Part shown: positions 13,071 through 26,640 of the stretch, piece by piece
Position numbering within the stretch: position 1 is the stretch's first letter
Layout of the letters: every line of letters begins with the position of its first letter
Assembly (NCBI GenBank): GCA_036785375.1
Contig: JAWMAR010000211.1
Coordinates: forward strand, 3,162,001-3,226,000
Direction of reading: 5' to 3'
DNA: 64,000 nucleotides
Origin: Leucoraja ocellata
Lineage: Eukaryota
The notes under the pieces: generated by a model
Seen by the model: the letters and a program-made list of their open reading frames with translations, nothing else
What the model was told of the DNA's origin: nothing
The model's database searches: none
Translations under genes and position numbers: made by a program

Positions 13071-14017
13071 TTAGTATGAACAGAAATCTACCTCAGAGTT
13101 TATGGATCACTGTGGGGAGAGAAGAAAATGTTAGTGGGAGGTAGAAAGTCCAAAAGGCCAGGAATACAGATGTTTGGTATAATCTCTGGACATGAGAAGT
13201 GGAACAAATATGTAATGACTGATATGCATGGATATACTGTATTTCCTGGTCTTAACCATTAACAGATATATTATCTATAAAGTACCTTCCTTTGACATTT
13301 ACATTTCTATTGATATGGTTCATGAAGGACAAACAGCCACTAAAATATTGTTGCAAACTGAAACACAGCTGGGTGTAATGGTAAAACCATTTTCTGTTTC
13401 TCATAAAGTATTGAATTTCTATAATATTCAATCACGAATTTAAAGCTTTTAGTGCTGCAGAAAAATCAGCGTTACCTCTTCGTCTTTTCATGAGAAATGA
13501 AAGCTTTGTCGTGAAGCCAAAACAAGCTGAAGAGAAAGATGCAAATTATTTTAGGAAGTTATTAACTATTGCTCAAGAAAACAATTGTATGCTTGTGCAA
13601 TTTTGAAATAGACACTCCTCATAATTCTAGATACCATTAAGTATTAAGTATATACATGATTTATTAAAATGCAGTTTTTATTACCAAATTTAAAATCATT
13701 AAAAATGCATGATTATATTGTAAGCATGTTACATAACATGCATGTATTATTTATAAAGTGGTTGTTCCATTTATTTTAGCTCTAATTGTTCAGTAAAATA
13801 ATGTCCCCCGTTTTGGCATTGATTACATTGTTATGTGGTTTGTCTGTCATTCGACTCTTTCTGAACAGCCATTTTCATTAGTGTGCAGTGCAGGCTGAGT
13901 TAGAAACCCAACTCAGAACGCTTTGGACTTAACTGATTTGGTCTTTTGCATTCAATTCAATAGTACAATATGCAAAGAACAACAAGTAATGTTTAAACTG
14001 TTAATTGTCGGATGCTA

Positions 14018-14287
14018 TGTAGGACGACTAGTTTCATGGTCGTCTTGTTGAGTCTCATTGTCTGTAACCCGTTTTTCCCTAGCCCACACCTAACAATGGC
14101 CTGTTTCCTTTATCATCGTTACTTTTTTTGCATATTTTGAATTTATTTGTTCTATACAATCTATATATCCATCTATATCTCTCATTTCCTATTCCCCTGA
14201 CTCAGTCTGAAGAAGGGTCTCGACCCGAAATGTTACCTATTCCTTCTCTCCAGAGATGCTGCTAGAGTTACTCCAGCATTTTGTGCC
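14018..14287 (+). mobile_element. Penelope-like pLTR unit with hammerhead motif, TSD-flanked
   Basis: TAATTGTCGGAT(G/T)CTA at 14002-14017 and 14288-14303; CTGAAGAAGGGTCTCGACCCGAAATGTTAC at about 14207-14236. Confidence 0.75.
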
Positions 14288-15124
14288 TAATTGTCGGATT
14301 CTACTGATTTGCTCTAGTGGGCCTGCAACTAAAATATTATCTGTGTTTGATGTAATGGCCCTTCGACCCGCCATTCAGAGTAAATAAGTTTTTAAGCCCA
14401 TGGCTTTAAAAACAATCGTTTATTACTTTTTTTTAAATCCTCATAATCTTCATTGTTTTGCTGCTGGCTGGAAAATCCAGCCAATCAATTTAATATTCTG
14501 ATTTGCACATGTAAATATACATTCTGTTGCCCAGGAATGTTCCCCAATGGGAGCATTTAAACCACCCTAGAGAAAAGGAGCATATATGATGCTTTATTTA
14601 CATTAACTTAAACGGAACTGAACTCCAGCGATGACATGATCCAAATTGAGCAGAATAAGCAGCAGGACATCTCTTCAGCAACTTAAAGTCAGCACTTTCC
14701 ACTGATAGAGTTACTTGAAAATTCATCCCCAAACATTAGCAAATGTCTGACTCTGTTGCCCAAACTGTAGTTGCTGCTTAGAGAAAGAATGAACTATTGC
14801 TCACAACATCAGCCAGATAATCATTACAGCTTATACACAGAAGCTGGAGTCATTCAGCGGGACAGCCAGCATCTTTGGTAGAAGAAATGGGTGATGTTTT
14901 GGGTCGAGACCCTTCTTCAGACGAAGACTAGTTGGCTGGTGGGATAAGATGCATGGTCTATATGCATCTCCTGATCTTGTCCCTTCAGGTCATTATACTT
15001 TCTACAGCTGCTGTATCTAAGTCTTGATGGTTGACTGCTGGGTCTGGCTATTACAATGTTCTGCTTCCACTGGAACTCCTGCAAATCTGGAAAGACTTGC
15101 ATCTCCATGGTCAATGTTAGAAGT

Positions 15125-15955
15125 TACATCAGAGGCTGGTTATCTCAAATTGTTGAATTTATTATTGAGTTCCATGTGCTGCAACATGCCTAGGTAGAAC
15201 ATGAGGTGCCATATTTATGTCTGACAGTGGCTTCATTTGAACAGAGTAAGGAGCCAAAAATAGACACCATGAGCACCAAATGCAGTACAGTAAATTGGAA
15301 GAAGTACAAATGAATTGCTGCTACACCTGGAAATAGTGTGTCTGGTTGATGTAATGATGTAAAGGGAAAGGTGTTATACCAGGTGCTATACAGGTGTGGG
15401 CTCCTATATGTCAGTGAGACCAAACACAGACTGGGCGATCTTTCTCTGAATGCCCAGTCCGCCTTGGCCTAAGTATCTCCCGGTTGTCAGAAATTTTAAC
15501 TCCCCTTCCCATTTCCAGACTGACCTTCCTGTCCTGGGCCTCCTTCCCTCTCAGAGTGAGGCCATGTGCAAATTGGAGGAACAACATCTCATATATTACT
15601 AGGGCAGCTTACACCCCAGCGGTAGGAATATTGAATTCTCTAATTTCAAGTAACCCTTGCATTCCCTCTATCCCTCCCTCCCCATCCTAGTTGTCCTAGT
15701 GTTTCCACTGTCACATCCTTGTAACCCTTCATAGTCACTTCTACCACAGCCAACAATGGGCCATTGTGGGCTTTACCATTCCTTGATGATCTGTTAACAT
15801 CCCTGCTTTGTTCCGGCCTTTTCTTACCTCCAGTTCCCTGCCCGTCTACTTTTGGTCTGAAGAAGGACCTAACCCGAAATGTCACCCATTCGTCATCTCC
15901 AGAGATGCTGCCTAACCCACTGAGTTATACCCACTTCGGTATAAACTGGCATCTT
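15125..15955. mobile_element. Penelope-like element remnant (inverted then forward GIY-YIG/pLTR segments)
   Basis: Degenerate match to the 50894-51640 element (GAGACCAAACACAGACTGGGCGA, AAATTGGAGGAACAACATCTCATATT, pLTR). Confidence 0.6.
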
Positions 15956-16643
15956 TCCTTTCATTGTGAGTGCAGTTCATTCAGTGTGCCCGTTTTGAGG
16001 GAAGGGGCGTGGTATTAAATTCAGGCCTTACCTGATTTAGAATAAAGATGAGCTCACTTTTCCTTATTCAACAAAGCAACTGTACCTCCCAAGTCGGTCA
16101 TCTGCAGACTGGATATAAACTTTTCGATTTCTTTATCAAAGTTAATAAGATGGGGATTCAGTGCCAACATTTGTGGATCACCGCGTATCACCTCCTAGTA
16201 ATCAGAGAACATTCCTTTTATTTATAATCTCTCCCTCTCTTACTACCAAACTAACTATTGACCAATGTCACCAATTACCTTCAATACTGTGCACTCTTAT
16301 TTATTATAATAATACTATTTTCTGAACCTCTGAAATGCCTAATGGTAACCAGTATACAACCATAGATATTTCCCTGTCTACCATGCTCCCATAAAATGTC
16401 AACACAGTTTGGCAGAGCTATCCTTAATATGTCAATGTTTATGCTTTGTGGTTAGTAAAAACCTCTTCAAGTGTTCAGTCATTTCATCACCAATGTTAGA
16501 TGAAAACATGAGTTATATGAGAAAAAAACATACTAGTAAAATGGGAGTTTCTCTACAGCATGGACATCAAGTGATGAAAAATTAAGATTCAATCATCTTA
16601 GAAGTAGGAAGAAATATCTTTAATTGGACATCATTGGACTTTA

Positions 16644-16890
16644 GGGAGGAACTGCTAAATGCTGGTTTAATCCAAAGATAGATACCCAATGCCGGAGTAA
16701 CTCAGCGGGTCAGACAGCATTTCTGGAGAAAATGAATAGGTGACATTTCGGGTCCAGTCCCTTCTTCAGACTTCAGACATTCTTCAGACTCCAGTCTGAA
16801 GACGGATCTCGACCCAAAACGTCACCTAATCCTTTACTCCAGAGATGCTATTTGACCCACTGAGTTACTCCAGCTTTTTGTGTCTATCTT
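16644..16890. mobile_element. Inverted Penelope pLTR pair, 12-13-bp TSD
   Basis: Arms are reverse complements; TCATTGGACTTTA at 16631-16643 and 16890-16902. Confidence 0.8.
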
Positions 16891-17289
16891 CATTGGACTT
16901 TATCTTGCACTAAATGTTGTACTCTTTATCCTCTAAGCCAAGAGCATGATAAGCACAATTGCTATGTCACTAGCAGAAAATGCTAGGGATACTCAACAGA
17001 TCAGGCAGTATCTGAAGAGAGTTGAACAGAGTTAACCATCAAGGTCATTGACTCATTGACTGAACCTTAAAATGTGCCATTTACTGCTTCCCGTTTTGCA
17101 GGCACTGAACCATGAATTGACCCAAACTGCCAACCTTTGCTCAGCATGTTGCAATGATGATCCTAGAGCTCCAAGTAGATGGATTGCTAGATTTCCAGCC
17201 CTCATTGCAGGTCTTCCATAATAGCAGAATTCACAAGGTGCTGAATGATTCCATCAGCTGCCCACAAACTGCATACTATGTCTATCTGT

Positions 17290-17495
17290 GTAATTGCAGA
17301 TTTTGTTTTACACCCAAGATGGACACAAATTGCTGTAGTAACTCAGCGGGACCGGCAGCATCTCTGAAGAGGAATGCATGACGTTCGGGTCGAGACCTTC
17401 AGACTAAAAGGGTCTCGACCCAAAGCGTCACCCATTCCCTCTCTCCAGAGATGCTGCCTGCCCCCTGAGTTACTCCAGCATTTTGTGTCTACCTG
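17290..17495. mobile_element. Inverted Penelope pLTR pair
   Basis: GTAACTCAGCGGGACCGGCAGCATCTC ... GAGATGCTGCCTGCCCCCTGAGTTAC inverted arms. Confidence 0.7.
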
Positions 17496-18356
17496 TTGAT
17501 TTGCAGATGTCATCAGGCCAACCCTGCTGCAAAGCAACCTGAGAGGAATTATTATTCCAACATATTGTGTCTTATCTATTAAATGATCATATCCCTTCAA
17601 GTCCAACTTAAAACCTTCAAGGACAGATGGTGCATTGAATTTCCTTCATCTCCTTGAGTGAGCTCCAAATCAGAGCCATTTCAGTCCAGGATCTGACTCT
17701 ACCTTGGCACGAGGAATGGAAAACTGTGCAGAAAGTTTCACAAAGTTACATAATACTTGAAGACTATTAAAAAAAAAGTGGACTAACAGTGCAATATTCT
17801 GGGGAATTGCACTTTAAATGAGTAACTAAAATATCAAAAAATATTTTGTCAATAACACAATTATGAACATGTAGAAGGCAATTTTGCACCACAAAATTAA
17901 ATGTTAAAATATTGATTTGGAAACTAGATTCCAAATCAATACTTTAAAAATGTTATTTTATTTTTGGAACAATATCAAATATCTTTTCAAATTTTCTTCC
18001 TTGGAAATATATACGATACAAAATAATTCAATTTTAGTATTCTACAACCCAGGAGAAGTATCATGCAGCGCAAAGCATGGAGTATAAATCATATTTTCTT
18101 ACAGGTTTTCATGACCTGGGAGTGTGACTTTCACTAGATTCCTGATGTGAATAAGAAAGTCACAGTAAAAGTAATTCTACGCTAAGTTTCACGGTATATG
18201 AAAAAATTATATGTGTATTAAATATGTATGATCATATCTCTGCAGAAACATGTCAATTACAATAGCTGGACTTTGCTTATGTCTAGTTCTCATGGACAAA
18301 TCATTGGATGAATTTGATGCACATGAAGAAACAGATTTAAAATATGATTGTTTTAA

Positions 18357-18745
18357 GGTGTAGGAAGGAACTGCTGATGCTGGTTGACACTGAAGATAGA
18401 CACCTGAGACAGTTGGGATAGGCAACGTCTCTGGAGAGAAGGAATGGGTGACGTTTTGGGTTGAGACCCTTCTTCAGACTGAGAGTCAGGGGAGAGGGAG
18501 TCTAGGGATATGGAAGGGTAAGATGTGAAAACTTACCCTTCCATGCCTCTAAATTGTTTAAAGGTACCGGACATAGGCTTTATAGTGTCCTTGTAGTAGG
18601 AAGGAACTGCAGATGCTGGTTTACACCGAAGATAGACACAAAATGCTGGAATAACTCGGCTGGACAGGCAGCCTCTCTGGTAAGAAGGAATGGGTGATGT
18701 TTTGGGACTCAAACCCAAAATGTCACCCATTCCTTCTATCCAGTG
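18357..18745 (-). mobile_element. Two adjacent Penelope pLTR remnants
   Basis: Two AGGAAGGAACTGC..GATGCTGG starts (about 18360 and 18597), each followed by pLTR body. Confidence 0.65.
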
Positions 18746-19194
18746 TCAATATAGTGTTGTATATCTAGATTTCATTACATACATTATTTATGTTTAACTT
18801 TGCATATCTAGAAAGTGGAATAAGCATCTGATGAGATGTTTAATCTACCAGATAGATCACAAGCATGCACTAGAAAAAGGTTAAGGACCCAAACATGGCG
18901 AGCCCTTTTTTTTTGCTGCATTAATGGGAAGGAACTCATAACTCCATAATTTCCACAGATCCAAAGCCATAACAGAGATCACCCATGGCAGAGAACTCCA
19001 CAGCTTGGAAAAGTAGGTTCTCATTTGATCACGAGTTGGATGGGAAACAGAATTATGCACATGGAACCATTGATTATCAGCACACAGAATTGTCCTCTAT
19101 GTAAATATATTTTTGGGCCAACAATTGGTCTGGTCTGACATTTATCCATTCCATTCAAGCGGAAAAGCCCATAAGGAATTCTATGAACTATTGC

Positions 19195-19805
19195 TCAGTT
19201 CAGTTTAGTTTATTGTCACGTGTACCGAGGTACAGTGAAAAGTTTTTGTTGTGTGCTATCCAGTCAGAAGAAAGACAATAGATATCTGAGCCAGTTACAG
19301 TGTATAGATACATGATATGGGAATAACATTTAGTGCAAGGTAAAGCCAGCAAAGTCCAATCAAGGATAGTCTGAGGGTCGTCAATGAGGTAGATAGTAGT
19401 TCAGCACTGCTCTCTGGTTGTGATACGATGATTCCGCTGCCTGATAACAGCTGGGAAGAAACTGTCCCTGAATCTGGAGGTGTGCATTTTCACACTTCTA
19501 TACCTTTTGCCTGATGGGAGAGGGGAGAAGAGGGACTGGCCAGGGTGCGACTCATCCTTGATTATGCTGTTGGCCTTGCCGAGGCAGCGTGAGGTATAAA
19601 TTGACTCAATAGAAGGGAGGTTGGTTTGTGTGATGGTCTGTACTGCGTCCACAATTTGCTGCAATTTCTTGCGGTTTTGGATGGAGCTGTTCGGAAACCA
19701 AGCCGTGATGCATCCTGATAAAATGCTTTCTACGGGGCATCTGAAGAAGTCTGTGAGAGTTGTAGGGGACATGCCAAACTTCCTAAGCCTTGTAAGGAAG
19801 TAGAG
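19195..19805 (-). mobile_element. Rex1/Babar LINE 3' fragment
   Basis: ORF 19401-19772(-): ESILSGCITAWF..SIIKDESHPGQSLFSPLPSGKRYRS..RFRDSFFPAVIR; 3' UTR ends CACGTGACAATAAAC(TGAAC)n. Confidence 0.85.
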
Positions 19806-20679
19806 GTAGACTAGAGTATAAGCGCTGAGTATCCGTCACTGTGGTGGGCTACAAAGAGGCGAGCAGTACACAGCAGCGTATTTTGCTTGGATCAAGGCTG
19901 AATTCCAGACATGTTAATGGATCTGAATGCTGTATATCAGGTGTGATATTTAAGCAAGAATAAATAATTAACAAAAGAAGCTAGCCTATGCATTGATCTC
20001 CACCCACTGTTGACTCAATATGACAACGATTTCATCAGTATTGTACAGTTACCGCAGCTCTGTTGAGCCATCACTTTTACTGATCTCCTCTCTGTCTTTG
20101 TGCCAAGCACCAAACAAAATCAAAAGCCCATTTTGCCCAATCTGCTTCCTGCAATTGTAAAAGGTCATTAAACATTAGCTTTAATACTGCTGTGCTGGAA
20201 ATACATATTCAGGACATGATTGTGTGTGCCCCATTGGAATTGTGTCCAATAGCTTCTGTGAGATAAATATTTAAAAAAAGGGTCAGAGATAATCTCTGAA
20301 TATTATCTCTGAGGAGGTGGCAACTGAATATTTTAAACTGTTTACTGTTTTGCATAGCTGAATATTAGACAACTTATGCAACATTGAGAACACTTTCTTC
20401 ACCACTTCTGATATTTTCTCTTGATAATTTCCCACTTTTCCCTTCTTAAAATAGTGAGTACACATCAGAAAAGCATTAGCTGCAATGTGGTTTGGGGTTT
20501 AGTGAGGTTTTGAAAGACATTCTGACTCCTTAGTTATTTTGTAGACTTTACTCATGCCGCTTGGAACCTATCTTAACCTGAAAGTTGCCACCATCTCCTG
20601 AGCATCACCTCACCCATCAATACCTCTCAAGCAATTGTTAGAAAAGAAGAAAATCTTCACCTTTCTCTCACTTTCACCT

Positions 20680-20920
20680 TCTGAGGTTACGTCTGCACCA
20701 GGGTGGGGACTGCGCACTCCCCACGGGCACCCTGGGGGATTTCCGAGACCGCGGGGGTGGAATACATCCTTGACAAGGATTGTAATATCGTTGTTTAATT
20801 TTCAGTATATTGATATTTAAGTATATTTGTTTGACTTTGTGCTATGGAGGTGGGTATTTTGTATTAGAAATATTGTTATACTTGTAACTAATTGATTTAA
20901 ATTATTTTGGGTTATCAAAA
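20680..20920 (+). mobile_element. L1/Tx1-like LINE 3' end
   Basis: Frameshifted translation GYVCTRV..TGTLGDFRDR..GVEYILDKDCNIVV* followed by a T-rich 3' UTR; family call is from recollection of Tx1 ORF2 ends. Confidence 0.5.
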
Positions 20921-21630
20921 TATGATATACAAGCTGAATATACAGTGATGATGCTTCGTCAGGTTAACACCTTTCATGTTTAACACCTTCAAAATCTCAT
21001 GCTGGCTCCAGCTTCTCACCGTATACAATTATCCTGCAAGGCAGCCTGGCTTCATATGTCTTTAACACACAGGAAGAACTTAAATTAACTGGAGGAGCCA
21101 GTACCTCGAAATTACGTCTGTCTCTGTTGTTCCAAAGCCATTTTAACTTTCTCACAACATGTCAGCCACTAAGTATTCAAACTTGGAAACGATGAGTCTA
21201 CTTGCGAAGAAATGCAAATATTTTCAGCATCTGTACTTAAAATTTTCCCCAAAGCAATGGCCCCACATCACTTGTGGTACGATGGCACAGCTGGTAACGT
21301 TGCTGCTTCACTATGCCAGAGACCTGGGGTCAATTCTGACCTTGAGTGTTGTCTGTGTGGAGTTTGCACAATCTCCCATGTGACCACGTGGGTTTCTTCT
21401 GGTGTTCAGTTCAGTTCAGTTCTGTTCAGTTTAGTTTATTGTCACATGCACTGAGGTGCAGTGAAAAGCTTTTGTTGCGTGCTATGTAATGTTGTGTTTA
21501 TTTTTAATCGGTGTGCTGCAAATGGCAATTTAAATTTCACTGCACTAATTGGTATATGTGACAATAAATGTCCTTTGTCGTTTGTCCTTTCCAGTCAGCA
21601 GAAAGACAATACATGATTATAATTGAGCCA

Positions 21631-22310
21631 TTTAGTTTAGTTTAGTTTCGAGATACAGTGCAGAAACATGCCCTTTGGCCTACCGGGTTAGCACCGACCA
21701 GCGATTCCCGCAAATTAACAATATCTACACACACTTGGGATGATTTTTACATTTACCAAGCCAATTAACCTACATACCTGTACGTCTTTGGAGTGTAGGA
21801 GGTTGTAGATTGATTATGCATGTTAACACATAGTTAGCATCATTAACCAATCTCCATCCTTCCCCCTAAAAACTAAATGTGAAAGGGCACCCATACCGTG
21901 GAGTTAAACATGCTCGCCATATCTATCTGGCGGTCTACTGACACAGCCCGAGCGCGTCCGGACCAGACCCTCTGTAGACGAACTCCAGACACGCTATGTG
22001 ATCCAAAGTCATCTTTAATCAGCACTTAAACTTTAACAGCATGAAGGATGGTTAGATGTCAGAACATGCCAACTGCTGCTCGAACTGCCAGAAGCAAGAG
22101 TTAATATAAACATTATAGCGGGGTGGGGTTAATGATGCTAACTATGTGTGATTGGTTAACATGCATAATCAATCTACATCCTTCCCCCTGAAAACTAAAT
22201 GTGAAAGGGCACCCATGCCACACTTGGGCCGTGTCAGTAGACCGCCAGATAGATATGGCGAGTATGTTTAACTCCATGGCAACTCTACCGCTGTGCTATT
22301 GTGCTGCCCC
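21631..22310 (-). mobile_element. HE1-like V-SINE split by an LTR-derived insertion
   Basis: Tail and V-domain at 21631-21802; head remnant GCAACTCTACCGCTG at about 22279-22310; middle of the SINE is missing. Confidence 0.7.
21973..22189 (-). mobile_element. 206-bp 3' LTR of an LTR retrotransposon with polypurine tract
   Basis: TGTAGA...TCTACA termini (21973-22178); on the - strand AGGGGGAAGGA lies immediately 5' of the TG, with a TATA-like motif and ATTAAA inside. Confidence 0.7.
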
Positions 22311-23156
22311 TTTGTCCTGGCAACTTCTGCCTTGCAAGTATCTGAAACATAAAATCATCGATCATTCAATATAGAAACATATCATTCCTCTGATGACTAT
22401 TAAGCACTTATTTTATCCTTTCCCATTTTATTCTCCCACATACCCATCGACCAGCATTAGAGTCTACCACACACCTAGGTGCCGTTTACAATAGCCAATT
22501 AATCTGCCAACCCCTATGTCTTTAAAATGTGGGAGAAACTGGATCACCTTGAGGAATCCCATGCCATTTTGGGAGAACATGCAAACTCCACACAGCAGTG
22601 CCCAAGGTCAGTATTAAACCAGGATGTTTGGAGCTGGTTGGTGGTTGCTCTTTGAACTGTGTCACTCTGCAATCCCGCATGGAAACCCAATGCAAGGCAG
22701 GTCAAATGATTACAGAAATGTTATATTTCGGTGATTTTCCAATGAGTTCTACTTGTATCTCAGGGAAACTGTGAACTTCCATGATTTCAATGGGAGTTGA
22801 TGCTTATTAGTAAATATCAGCTGTACTTGCATTCATTGCTTTGGATATACCCAAAGTGAATAAGCTAGACAGACACTCAAAGACACTTCTTTAATAATCT
22901 ATTAATAGTTTATGCATTGCAGAACATGAAAGTTTAGAGTGAATAATTAACAAAATGAAAGGAGATGTAAGCCTTTCCACCAGTGACGAACACTAGTAGT
23001 GAAGAATGAACATAGCTGGTACCATAGAAGACAGTTCTGATTTTGGAGAAGCTGACTGAAGGCTAATTTACTAAGTACGCACTACTGGCAGGAAATCTCA
23101 CTGCTGTCAACACATATCACAGAGGCACCCAGCACACAATCCATTGTCCTTCCTTA

Positions 23157-23447
23157 GTTTTTAATTTACTTTAGTTTAGAGATACAGCGTGGAAACAGGC
23201 CCTTCGGCCCACCGAGTCCGCATCGACCAGTGAACCCCGCACACTAACACTATCCTACACAATTTACATTTTATACCAAACCAACTAGCCTACAAAGCTG
23301 CACGTCTTTGGAGTGTGGAAGGAAACTGAAGATCTCAGAGAAAACCCACGTGTTCACGGAGAGAACGTACAAAGTCCATACAGACAACACCCCTGGTTAG
23401 GATCGAACCCGGGTCGCTGGTGCTGATGCTGCGCCACCGTGCTCCCC
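23157..23447 (-). mobile_element. HE1-like V-SINE
   Basis: Reverse-strand tail, V-domain, B-box GGATCGAACCCGGG. Confidence 0.85.
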
Positions 23448-23510
23448 CTCTAGAAATAATGCATGGGTTGTGGTCATTGTTCATGGTAATTTTGGTGGTT
23501 TTCTATCTAA

Positions 23511-23587
23511 ATTTGGCTACATTTGGCTATATTTGGCTACATTTGGCTATATTTGGCTATATTGGCTATCTAAAAATTGGCTATATT
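23511..23587. repeat. 10-bp tandem repeat (ATTTGGCTAY)n
   Basis: About 7 units visible. Confidence 0.9.
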
Positions 23588-23838
23588 TAAGAGAGTTAGA
23601 TGTGGCCCTTGTGGCTAAAGGGATCAGGGGGTATGGAGAGAAGGCAGGTACGGGATACTGAGTTGGATGATCAGCCATGATCATATTGAATGGCGGTGCA
23701 GGCTCGAAGGGCTGAATGGCCTACTCCTGCACCTAATTTCTATGTTTCTATGTTTCTATGATCATATTGAATGGCAGTGCAGGCTTGAAGGGCGGAATGG
23801 CCTACTCCTGCACCTATTTTCTATGTTTCTATGTTTCT
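23585..23838 (+). mobile_element. CR1 3' end with tandemly duplicated ~80-bp terminus
   Basis: RELDVALVAKGIRGYGEKAGTGY*; ATGATCATATTGAATGGC..(TTTCTATG)n occurs twice. Confidence 0.8.
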
Positions 23839-25344
23839 AAAGTCTTGACTGCACAATGATAGCAAGATATTTGTTCCTTTCCTCAGTTGCTCAGTAGCTG
23901 TTCGGAAGCTGATCTCTGGCAAGCCTCAGTTGGCATTGATCCAAGTGACTGGTATCTTAGTGCCAATATATCAGAGACTATGTCTGTGAAGTGAATGTGC
24001 AACACCTTGGCTGACTTACCAACTTTCTTAACTGTGCCCCAAATCACTTTCAGACATTGGATTTTAATTCTAAGGAATTTGAGGACAAACGGTTGTTCAT
24101 TTTTGAAATCAATTATCATCTGAAGATCCTCTGCGGTATGATGTTAGCACTTTGCCTCTTTGCTGAAATTATAAAATCCTTCTGACAGCTTGTCAGGAAG
24201 CCCTGCTTGAAGTTTGCATCTTTGAAGTATCTGGTCGTCAGTGATATGCAGCAGTTTTTATGTCATTGAAACGCTTGAATATGACAAACCCCACCATAGC
24301 TTAGAATAGAAGTCAACTTGCATTTCCCCAGTGTAAGACTGAGACTGTAAAATGGTAAAGAATGAATCTCATTTATTGATTTAGAATCTGGAAAGAAATG
24401 TTACTTATTCAGCGATTGTAGATGATTACCATCATGCATTTTAGAAAACCTAAAACCATGCAAATGGTTTTGCACAATTTCTGGTGCATGGAATTCATTA
24501 CAAGAAGTTGAGAATGAAATGTGAGATTAAAGAGCCATTTCTCAGGGATTGTAGTGCAGTAAGCCTCGAATATAGCAGACTGGTGACTTCAATGAGCGAT
24601 TCACTTACCCAATGCAAAGTGTAGAAAAATGCTAATGTGTTTATTGGCAAAGCATCAACTCGCACTTTTAACTCGTTTATTGGAGTTATTGATCATGAAT
24701 GACAATTTGACAAATAGGATGCACATGAAATGCCATGGATCACATTTGCAGCATTTTTTGTTAGCTAAGCAGAGGAAATGATAATATTTCATGCCACAAA
24801 TATAATTATCTCCAGCTCCTTCAAGTCAAGAGATTATGACTTTGAAATGATTGTGTGACTGACGAACTGTTGGAGAGCCCCCTAGTGCATTCATCAAAAT
24901 TGATTGAAAGGAAACGTGCTGGATTTTAATGTTTCGGAGAGCATCGGTTTGAGAGACTCTGGGAAGGGATGACTCCCATGAAGTTGAAGACATGTCGGGA
25001 AGCTGAGCCCAGCGTGCAAATTTCCACAGTTAACGGCAGTGGATTAGATTGTCTTCCTTTAACCCTCTTGGGAGAGGTGCGATAACCAATTTCAAAGGGA
25101 TAATCAGTCAATCACAAAGACATGATCCTGGTGTTTGCAGCTTAGAGATGGGTTCATGGATGTCTGAACTCACCTGGAAACTCACCTGGAAAGCAAAGTG
25201 TGAAAACGGCATCAATTTAGAAGGCAATACAAGGCAACTCTGGACAGCTGTACTAATTATCTGCACTGTAGAGCTCTGATCAATCTAATCCACACCAGCA
25301 CTCCTAATGTTGCATTCTTTTGGATGGAGCTCTGATCAATCAGT

Positions 25345-25968
25345 GCATCGAATGTATCCGCTGGTCCAGGTGTGGACTATACCTCGCTGAGACCAAGCGC
25401 AGGCTGGCTGATCATTTTGCTGAACACCTCCACTCAGTCCGCCTAAACCTACCTGATTTCACGGTTGCTAAACACTCTAACTCTCCCTTCCATTCCTCGA
25501 CCTTACTGCCTGGGCCTCCCCCATTGTCAGAGTGAGGCCCAACGCAAATTGGAGGAACAGCTCCTCATATTTCGCTTGGGCATCTTACACCCCAGCGGTA
25601 TGAATATTGACTTCTCTAACTTGCTTTCCCTCTCACTCCATCCCACCCCCTTCCTAATCCTCCAACCAGTCTGACTGTCCCACTTATTACATTTTATTTC
25701 TGTAACCTTCGTTGTCACTATCTCCTTACTAACAATGTCGCAATACTACAATTTCCCTGAATGCATCTCCTTTGATGTCTCATTTTCACACCATACCCAT
25801 CCATATCTCTGTGTCTCCCTCTCCCCTGACTCTCTGTCTGAAGAAGGGTCTTGACGCAAAACATCACCCATTCTTTCTATCCAGAGATGCTGCCTGTCCC
25901 GCTGAGCTATTCCAGCACTTTGTGACTATCTTCAGCGTAAACCAGCATCTGCAGTTCCTTTCTACACA
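25345..25968 (+). mobile_element. Penelope-like element 3' part (GIY-YIG remnant + pLTR)
   Basis: CIRWSRCGLYLAETKRRLADHFAEHL..KLEEQLLIFRLGILHPSGMNIDFS; ends CAGCATCTGCAGTTCCTTTCTACAC. Confidence 0.8.
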
Positions 25969-26640
25969 TCACATTTTCTTTGTTGCCGCTGCAATTTGTC
26001 AACGAGCAAATGTAAAGAAGACAAATTGAAGAGTGCCTGGAGTTCCCTGTAACCTTTGTCCCAGATTCTCTGCTGTTAATCTCATCTTCCCTTTTTGCTC
26101 TTGCTCACGTGCTGTATGAGATGCCTGGTGTAAACCTACCAATCGTTCTTTCTGACATGGAGATTCTCGACCCGAAACGTCACCCATGCCTTCTCTCCAG
26201 AGATGCTGCTTGTCCCGCTGAGTTACTCCAGCATTTTGTGTCTATCTTCAATTTAAACCAGCATCTGCAGTTCTTTCCCACACTACGTATTTGGAGATAT
26301 GGTGTAATGTAGGGTAACAGATAGTCTTGTGGGAAATTAAATACATTAATTTAAGGAACGCTCAGCCTGTGTGAGCCAACCTGATCTTCCGGTTGCTGGA
26401 CACTTTAATTCTCCTTCCCATTCCAACACAGATCTTTCTGTCCTCGGTCTTCTCCATTGTCAGAGTGAGGCTGAACGCAAATTGGAGGAACAGCATCTCA
26501 TAATTTGCTTGGGCAGCTTAGAGCCCAGTGGTATGAATATTGATTTTTCTCACTTCAGGTAGCCCCGGCATTCCCTCTCTCTCAATTGCTCCCCCACCCA
26601 ATTTGCACTAGCTTCTCATTTTCACCCTACAAACAGCTTA

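Noticed and set aside
18658-18672. Translates to GWTGS, a Pol X motif
   Set aside because: Lies within a Penelope pLTR copy; flanks have no TdT similarity.
20698-20770. GC-rich double hairpin suggesting a structured RNA
   Set aside because: Better explained as the coding end of a Tx1-like ORF2 followed by its 3' UTR.
25271-25341. 15-bp direct repeat GAGCTCTGATCAATC 41 bp apart
   Set aside because: Single small duplication with no recognisable element between the copies.
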